The position numbers were made by a program, and so were the translations under genes. A stretch of 64,000 nt of DNA, taken from positions 1 through 64,000 of the IMG/VR virus record IMGVR_UViG_3300028482_000001; one strand, given 5' to 3'. Below, piece by piece: positions 57,623-64,000 of the stretch (positions are counted from its first letter, which is position 1; each line of letters opens with the position of its first letter). This DNA is from a virus (taxonomy: Duplodnaviria; Caudoviricetes). Below the pieces are notes generated by a model. It did no database searches. It saw nothing but the letters and a program-made list of their open reading frames with translations, and was not told the origin of the DNA.

Positions 57623-57695
57623 AATGTGTCTAGTGAAGGCAGTTATCAACATCATAAAAGCAAACGATTGTTGATAATTGCCTTTTTTTATGTTT
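57623..57695 (+). promoter_or_regulatory. Late-gene leader terminator, copy 4 (divergent)
   Basis: AATGTG...AAGGCAGTTATCAACA/TGTTGATAATTGCCTT and T run. Confidence 0.7.
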
Positions 57696-57708
57696 AGGAG
57701 GTATAATT

Positions 57709-58254
57709 ATGGTCAAGTTTTTAATCAGGAAAGATGTATATGACGAATTGATTGAAAAAGGTTATGGGAAAAAGGATTATGGAAAGTTGCAAAAAGTTCA
57801 AAGACCTGATAAAAATGGGGTAATGAGAACTATTTATGTTAATCCTAGTGAAGAAATTGAAAATGAAAAACAAAAGGGTAAACAAGAAGTAGAAGTAAAA
57901 GAAAAAACAAGTAAATTGAAAGTTCCTGATGAAACTTCGTCTTTTGCAACTGATGTTAATAGAATGGTGAAATTGAAAAAAGAAAATTATAGAGAATTTA
58001 CTATACAACTAGAGAAACTTCATTCTAAATATACAATATCAAAATGGAAAGATTTGTATAATAAAATTCAAGAGAAGGAATATGCCAAAAATACAAAAAG
58101 TAAAGATTTTAATGTTGGACAAGAGATAAACTTTTCAAGTCAAGGTAGAGAAGGTTTGAATGGAAAAATAACAGCTATAGGAGTGCTAGGGGTTACAGTT
58201 AAAGGTGCAAATGGGAAAATATATACAGTAAATTACGATGAAATAAAGAAATAA
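57709..58254 (+). CDS. Putative head-cargo protein with C-terminal SH3/KOW-like domain
   Basis: MVKFLIRKDVYDELIEKG N-terminus; FNVGQEINF...GKITAIG..GVTV. Confidence 0.55.
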   Translation: MVKFLIRKDVYDELIEKGYGKKDYGKLQKVQRPDKNGVMRTIYVNPSEEIENEKQKGKQEVEVKEKTSKLKVPDETSSFATDVNRMVKLKKENYREFTIQLEKLHSKYTISKWKDLYNKIQEKEYAKNTKSKDFNVGQEINFSSQGREGLNGKITAIGVLGVTVKGANGKIYTVNYDEIKK

Positions 58255-58314
58255 AATTACAATAATTATTGTTGACAAAAAAAATATTATGTAATAAAAT
58301 TAGTTTATAGTGTT

Positions 58315-58368
58315 GATGTGCTAAAAGGCAGTCATGACATTTAGTCGTGGCTGCCTTTTTTGTTTTTT
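58315..58368 (+). promoter_or_regulatory. Late-gene leader terminator, copy 5
   Basis: TTGACA(58272)-17-TAAAAT, GATGTG...AAGGCAGTCATGAC/GTCGTGGCTGCCTT TTTTGTTTT. Confidence 0.8.
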
Positions 58369-58391
58369 AAATCTTTTTTTGGTGCTAAAAA

Positions 58392-59834
58392 ATGGAAGAA
58401 GAAATTTTAATTTGTGAAAATATTTGTAAATCTATTAAAGGCGAAGAAGATAGTAATGGTAATTATATTTTTGAGGTAGAGGCTAGTAACGAAAACCTGG
58501 ATTTACAAAATCAAATTACATTACAAAGTGCCTTACTAAAATCGAAAGAGTATTTTTTAAGTAATGGTGTGATTTCTGATGACCACTTGCATAAAACAAG
58601 GAATCCAGATGGTTCTGTAGAAACACATAAAGATAAAATTATAGGCGAACCTATTTCAATTCGTACAGATGGGAAGTCAACTTTTGTAAAAGGAATTTTG
58701 TATAAAGGTGTAGAAGCTGCAAAAGATTATATTAAACTCCTTAAAAATAAATCTACAAGAGTTAAAGCTTCTATTGGTGGAATAATGCCAAAAATCAGAA
58801 AAAATGCAGATGGAAGTGAAACTGTAACAGAATTTATGTGGAATGACCTAGCATTAACTTGTAGTCCTGTTAATTGGACTGTAGGAAGTGCTAAATTCGC
58901 TAAAAGTATTGGACTGGTTGATTTTTGTAAATCTCTAAATGCAGGAAGTGGAACAGATTCACTAACAATGGAAAGTGGCAGAACTTTGCAGAATGAAGAT
59001 TTAGAAGATGAAACCGTAAAACTTCTTGATATTTCTGATGGGAACTTTGCAGATATTGATGAAGAAGATGAACTAAAAAAGAAAAACGAAGAAATATCAA
59101 TAAAAGAATGTGTAAAAGCCTTTATGGATGGAGAAATTAAAAAAACTGACATTCCGGTTTTTTTAATAAATAGAGGGATTAAAAAATCTGACGCAGAATA
59201 TATTTCTGCTGAAATAATTAAACAGGGAGGGATAAAAATGGCTAAAAGTCAGTTTAAATCCGAATTGGATGAATTACTAAAATCTTTTGGAAAAGATGAA
59301 AACAAAAACCCAAAAGAAAAGGATGATGATATGGGGAAGGATGATGATTTAAACCTTGATAACATATCAGACAATGATAATGACGATAATGACGATGATA
59401 ACGATGTTAAAAAGTGTGGCGTAAAAAAATCATCTGATTATCTTGATGCAACAGAAATTATGAAGTCTGTATGTGTTACAACAGATGAATTAAAAGAAGA
59501 AAATGCAATGTTGAAATCAGAATTAAGAGAAACAAAAGAGGCTTTGTTAGAAGTAACAAAATCTTTAAAAGAATTTCTTAATTTGCCTGAAAAGAGAAAC
59601 ACTGTAACAACTATGAACAAGTCTATTTCAGAAAATAATACAGTTTCTCAAATGCCAACTATGGCAGATTTTGAAGTGTTAAAATCTGCTCTTGTAAAAG
59701 CTGCAAAATCAGGTGAAATTGGAATTAATGAAGTTCAATTTTATAATTCAGAATTCCAAAAGTCAATGAAAGGTAAAAAACTAGATCCAAAAGTTTGGAA
59801 CAAAATTTGCACAATTGTAAAAAACAATAGATAG
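58392..59834 (+). CDS. Prohead protease with C-terminal scaffold-like region
   Basis: EASNENLDLQNQ...DDHLH...IGEP...SIGG; acidic/coiled C-terminus; directly precedes capsid. Confidence 0.75.
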   Translation: MEEEILICENICKSIKGEEDSNGNYIFEVEASNENLDLQNQITLQSALLKSKEYFLSNGVISDDHLHKTRNPDGSVETHKDKIIGEPISIRTDGKSTFVKGILYKGVEAAKDYIKLLKNKSTRVKASIGGIMPKIRKNADGSETVTEFMWNDLALTCSPVNWTVGSAKFAKSIGLVDFCKSLNAGSGTDSLTMESGRTLQNEDLEDETVKLLDISDGNFADIDEEDELKKKNEEISIKECVKAFMDGEIKKTDIPVFLINRGIKKSDAEYISAEIIKQGGIKMAKSQFKSELDELLKSFGKDENKNPKEKDDDMGKDDDLNLDNISDNDNDDNDDDNDVKKCGVKKSSDYLDATEIMKSVCVTTDELKEENAMLKSELRETKEALLEVTKSLKEFLNLPEKRNTVTTMNKSISENNTVSQMPTMADFEVLKSALVKAAKSGEIGINEVQFYNSEFQKSMKGKKLDPKVWNKICTIVKNNR

Positions 59835-59844
59835 GAGGAAAAAA

Positions 59845-61281
59845 ATGGATATTTTTGATAATGAATATTCTGTAGATTCACAAAATCTTGAATTAGAAAA
59901 AGCATTAGAAGCTGGATATGGAACGGATGCTGCAACTTTTGAACAAGGCCGAGCACTTCAAAGAGAAGATCTTGAAGCTACATTGGTATCTGTATTAGAT
60001 GTTCAGCAAGAAGATTGTAAAGTATTTCACAAATTACATAAACAGCCTGTAAGTTCAACAGTTCATCAGGTAAATCAACAAACTGGTGTAGGTGATGATG
60101 AATTTTTGTTTATTGGAGAAGGTGAGCAAGCTTCTGAAGGCGATCCAAATTTTGTTCGTAAGACTTATGAAACAAAATACACATCAAGTAAATGGCAAGT
60201 TTCACATCCTTTAAGCCTTACAAACAATGCAGAAAATCCAATCAACGCATCGAAAGTTGCAGCAGTTCTTCGTGTAACAAAAGGAACTGAAAGAGCTATT
60301 TTCCATGGGGATAGTTCGGTTAATCCAAAACAATACGATGGTTTCTTAAAAATTATTGAAGATTCTGCAAAAACTGTTGTAGATGCAGATAAGAAACATT
60401 TGTGTGCTACTGTTACTGATATTCGTGGATTAGAAATTGGTGAAAAAAATAATACAATTAATGCAGGGGAAGATCTTTTCGATAACTTGGCAGAAACAGT
60501 CGCATCTAAAGGCGGAGCTTTGAAAGAAGCTTATTTCCCATTAATTCTTTCTAGTCAATTTAAGAAATTGTACTCTGACAGATTACGTTTCACAACAAAA
60601 GATACTCAATTTGCAATGGACAAACTTCCTGACATTATAACTGCAACTAATGATACAATTAAAATTACTGATGATTGTGGTGCAGATAAAATGTTTAAGG
60701 TGAAAGGTGAAATTGTGGCTTGTGGTGATTCTGCTAAACGACCTAATACTCCAACAGAAGTTACTGCAACTCCGTCAGAATCATCTGATTCACAGTTCAC
60801 TGATGGATTTGATGGAAATTACACATATGCAGTTCACGCTATTAACTCTTATGGAATTTCAGCAGGCAAGGTTATTTCATCACCTGTTGCTGTTGCAAAG
60901 GGTGAAAAAGTAACTTTAACAATTACAGCTGATACAAATGGTGCTGCGGCAACAGGTTATATTATTACTCGTTCTAATGCAAACGGAACAAAATTAATGG
61001 AAATGAAACGAATTGCGAAAACCGGTGCACAAACAACATTCGTTGATAACAACGAAGATTTGCCAGGTACTGCATCAGTAGTTTTGGTTACACCAACAAC
61101 AGAAACACTTGCTCCAAATGTTAGTTTCGGACAGTTGATGGGAATTTCTAACTTTGATCTTCCTACAGATTCAAGTTTAGCTCATCGTGGTGTAGTTGCA
61201 TTGTATGGTATGCTTGAAGTTCGTGCTCCAAATCAATGTGCATTAATTAAAAATGTAGGTTACAGAGGCGGCCTTTACTAA
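59845..61281 (+). CDS. Major capsid protein (Herelleviridae-like)
   Basis: KALEAGYGTD...ALQREDLEATL; ERAIFHGDS...QYDG. Confidence 0.85.
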   Translation: MDIFDNEYSVDSQNLELEKALEAGYGTDAATFEQGRALQREDLEATLVSVLDVQQEDCKVFHKLHKQPVSSTVHQVNQQTGVGDDEFLFIGEGEQASEGDPNFVRKTYETKYTSSKWQVSHPLSLTNNAENPINASKVAAVLRVTKGTERAIFHGDSSVNPKQYDGFLKIIEDSAKTVVDADKKHLCATVTDIRGLEIGEKNNTINAGEDLFDNLAETVASKGGALKEAYFPLILSSQFKKLYSDRLRFTTKDTQFAMDKLPDIITATNDTIKITDDCGADKMFKVKGEIVACGDSAKRPNTPTEVTATPSESSDSQFTDGFDGNYTYAVHAINSYGISAGKVISSPVAVAKGEKVTLTITADTNGAAATGYIITRSNANGTKLMEMKRIAKTGAQTTFVDNNEDLPGTASVVLVTPTTETLAPNVSFGQLMGISNFDLPTDSSLAHRGVVALYGMLEVRAPNQCALIKNVGYRGGLY

Positions 61282-61305
61282 CTTAAAAATAGGAGATGTA
61301 GATAG

Positions 61306-61593
61306 ATGGCTAGAGTAATTGATTCTGCACCTCCTACTAGTGATGTAGGGGATGTAAACAATGAAACAAAAGATGTTAAATTGGATATAAAAACAGATAC
61401 AAAGGTTGAAGAAAAAAATGAAAAAAACTTTTCTACAGGGAAAGTAAAAATAAAATGCGAAACTTTGATTAATAAATCTGTTGTTTCAACTGTTGGCACT
61501 ATCACTTTTAATGAAAAGGGGATTGCAGAAGTTGATGAAAATATTGCAAAAAAACTTTTGTCTATTTCAGGCTATGAACTAGTTAAAAAATGA
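61306..61593 (+). CDS. Small virion-associated protein
   Basis: ITFNEKGIAEV motif after capsid gene. Confidence 0.5.
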   Translation: MARVIDSAPPTSDVGDVNNETKDVKLDIKTDTKVEEKNEKNFSTGKVKIKCETLINKSVVSTVGTITFNEKGIAEVDENIAKKLLSISGYELVKK

Positions 61594-61603
61594 TGAGGTA
61601 AAA

Positions 61604-62737
61604 ATGTCAATTTCCGTTGAAAGTACAAAAAGCAAAATTTTAGTTACTATAAAAGGGGAAGGGTCTTACATGTTACAAAGAGCATTGTATGATAAAGGGG
61701 CTAAGTGGCTTTCTTTGACTTCCAACGGATTTGTAGACACAACAGAACAATTAGCAGAATTTCTTTTTTTACAAGAAGGCGATTTTGTTGATTCTTTTGA
61801 TTTAAAGGATGGAATTTACGAGTACAGAATTGTTTCATCTTTAATACAAAATCCTACTGATACAGATTATGAATATTCAGAATATGTAAAATTTGGTACT
61901 CCATCAGCTATAGGGTATACTTTTGGGAATTATTCTGTTCCAGAAGGAAGTTGGGGCAGTGTTGTTACTCCTGATGATTGTCGATTTACTTATTTGTGGG
62001 GTACAGACTTTAAAGCAACTAATGGACAATTTTTCGATGATGCTCAAATACAGTTTTTTATCAATGAAGCAACAAGATATATGGAAAGAATGTTAAATAT
62101 TTCCATTATAAAAACAAGAATAAAAAGTCAAGCAGAAGATAGAAATTTAGTGAAAGGTGTTGATTATGATGAAGAAGAATCTCTTTATGATTTTTCACCT
62201 AGAAAAATTCAACGTTATGGAATGATTCAGACAAAACATAGACCTATTATTAATGTTGAAAAATTAGAATTAATTAACAGGACAGGTGATAAACAAGATT
62301 TATTAACTTCAACTGTAATTGACAGAAAAAAGGGAGTTTTAAAGTTTTTAAGTCGACCATATAAACAGTCTGATACAACAATAGGAATTAATACAGCGTT
62401 AGGACGATATGGTAATGAAACTTTAAGAAATCATCTTTTTTATGCAATTGATTATTCGGCAGGGTACGAAAACTCCGACAGTGTGCCATCTGATTTAAGG
62501 CAAATAATAGCTAAGGTTGCGGCAATTTCTTTATTAAATATTATTGGTGATGGTTTGATGAGTGGTTTTTCGAGTTCAAGTTTATCAATGGATGGAATTT
62601 CAGAATCCTTTAGTTCAACACAGTCGGCTACATCGGCATACTTTGGTGCAAGAATTGCGGTATATCAAAAAGAAGTAGAAACTTATATAAAAGACAATAA
62701 ATATCGGTTTGGGTTTTTGCCGATTGGGGCATTATAG
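61604..62737 (+). CDS. Head-tail adaptor protein
   Basis: YSAGYE...VPSDLRQII...SSLSMDGISESFSST. Confidence 0.7.
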   Translation: MSISVESTKSKILVTIKGEGSYMLQRALYDKGAKWLSLTSNGFVDTTEQLAEFLFLQEGDFVDSFDLKDGIYEYRIVSSLIQNPTDTDYEYSEYVKFGTPSAIGYTFGNYSVPEGSWGSVVTPDDCRFTYLWGTDFKATNGQFFDDAQIQFFINEATRYMERMLNISIIKTRIKSQAEDRNLVKGVDYDEEESLYDFSPRKIQRYGMIQTKHRPIINVEKLELINRTGDKQDLLTSTVIDRKKGVLKFLSRPYKQSDTTIGINTALGRYGNETLRNHLFYAIDYSAGYENSDSVPSDLRQIIAKVAAISLLNIIGDGLMSGFSSSSLSMDGISESFSSTQSATSAYFGARIAVYQKEVETYIKDNKYRFGFLPIGAL

Positions 62738-62825
62738 AATGGTTTTTCCTAGTTTTTTGCCATTCGCATACAGTTTTCGGTCTGTTCAAAACCGATTTTT
62801 TTTATAACAAGGGAGGAGTAAAAAA

Positions 62826-63443
62826 ATGAAACCATATGATTTATTTAATAAGATAATAAATTTCAAGTATAGAAAAACAGGAAAAGATTTAGATTGGGGA
62901 ATCGAAGTTGATGATATTGAACAAAAGATAAGAGTTTTATTTAAAGGAAGTTGTTCAAAATTAGATTGGTTTTTTAATTTTCTTTTTATGATATTTCCTA
63001 CTGTAATAGGCGGTTGTCCATATTGGTTTTCTGTTGGGTGGTGGGCTGCCTGGGAAAGTAGCAAAAAATTAATATTGCATTCGATTTTAAATTGTATGTA
63101 TTATTGCCCTGATTATAAAGTCGAAGTTTGTGGTTATAGTTTTGGTGGAGCAATTGCTCAAATATGTGGAATTGAGATTTTTGAAGCAACAGGAATTAAA
63201 CCTAATTTAGTTACATTTGGCAGTCCAAAACCATTATTTAGTTTTTTTACTAAATTAAAAGCCAAAAGATGTTTTAACAATATTGAACAATATTCACATT
63301 GGAATGATATTGTAACTTGGTGCCCTCCTTTAATTGGGTATCATAATATTAAAAATATTAGGATAGGAAAATTTGATTTAAAAGGTTTATTTAATCCTAA
63401 AAAATATCATCAAATTTATTCTAATGAATCTCTTTATAAGTAG
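62826..63443 (+). CDS. Class 3 lipase-like alpha/beta hydrolase (moron)
   Basis: VLFKGS, GYSFGG nucleophile elbow, TFGSPK, DIVTWCP. Confidence 0.8.
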   Translation: MKPYDLFNKIINFKYRKTGKDLDWGIEVDDIEQKIRVLFKGSCSKLDWFFNFLFMIFPTVIGGCPYWFSVGWWAAWESSKKLILHSILNCMYYCPDYKVEVCGYSFGGAIAQICGIEIFEATGIKPNLVTFGSPKPLFSFFTKLKAKRCFNNIEQYSHWNDIVTWCPPLIGYHNIKNIRIGKFDLKGLFNPKKYHQIYSNESLYK

Positions 63444-63452
63444 AGGTAAAAA

Positions 63453-64000
63453 ATGGGTCAAGGATTAGGCAGAAATTCACCGGTTAAACTTACTTTAGGG
63501 AAAGATAATTATTGTGCTTTGATTGAACGCCATGGCCAATGGGTGAGATGGAGAATTGCAAATAAATGCTCGTGTGTAAATAAAAATTCAATGCAACCAG
63601 ATATTCATTGTAAAATTTGTAAAGGAAGAGGTTATACATATACTTTTCAAAAAAGTCAAATTGGATTTTCAACTGCAATGAATGATGGCTCAAATATTTT
63701 TGAAGTTGAAGAACGATTCAAAGATAGTGATTTAATTGAAGTATATGATTTAACAGGTGAGAGATATGATGCAGAAAAATGGGGGAATTATATAAAAATA
63801 TTTCCAACTAAACCAATCACAAAAGGAAGTTATGTTACTTTTGTTTTTAGGCAATCTATTATAAAAGTTTTAGACAAAATCCAAGTTAATACATTTAAAA
63901 ATGGGTATTACGAAATTCCTAATTTAGTAAATTTACAACCAACAGTTGATGGCGTTTATTACAATGCTAAAAGTGATATTGTTTCAATTGAAAAAATTAC
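63453..64000 (+). CDS. Neck / head-closure protein (partial)
   Basis: MGQGLG...CSC...CKICKGRG; open to window end. Confidence 0.6.
   Translation, partial: MGQGLGRNSPVKLTLGKDNYCALIERHGQWVRWRIANKCSCVNKNSMQPDIHCKICKGRGYTYTFQKSQIGFSTAMNDGSNIFEVEERFKDSDLIEVYDLTGERYDAEKWGNYIKIFPTKPITKGSYVTFVFRQSIIKVLDKIQVNTFKNGYYEIPNLVNLQPTVDGVYYNAKSDIVSIEKI

Noticed and set aside
47331-63189. Numerous Phe/Leu/Ile-rich minus-strand ORFs in the track
   Set aside because: Antisense shadows of A-rich genuine genes; no RBS or motifs
1-64000. Diversity-generating retroelement or retron
   Set aside because: No reverse transcriptase ORF and no template/variable repeat pair seen; tail-tip variation is explained by inversion

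Overview
The whole window is one contiguous stretch of an AT-rich temperate tailed-phage genome, and no host genes were recognised. A spirochaete (Treponema-like) host is an inference from gene style only. Order, left to right: end of a tail-fibre gene with an invertible C-terminal cassette; a leftward accessory operon headed by a membrane-anchored LuxR-type regulator; an attP-like region and tyrosine integrase; a leftward lysis cassette; an early region (three DNA methyltransferases, PAPS-reductase-like gene, transglycosylase, tRNA-Met(CAT), several XRE repressor/antirepressor cassettes, YqaJ/RecT, replication initiator, loader, SSB); then GroES, terminases, portal, an intein-containing MuF polyvalent protein, several large modular putative head-cargo proteins, prohead protease/scaffold, a Herelleviridae-like capsid, adaptor and a lipase moron. 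The most striking unexplained pattern is that all four candidate nuclease/RNase effector domains carry, across or just past their 3' end, a near-consensus sigma70 promoter on the opposite strand. Each promoter points into a structured 60-165 nt RNA ending in a U-tract, and two of these units are written inside open reading frames. A second pattern is a five-copy covarying leader terminator in front of late genes. Protein family calls come from motif recognition only; no database searches were run.
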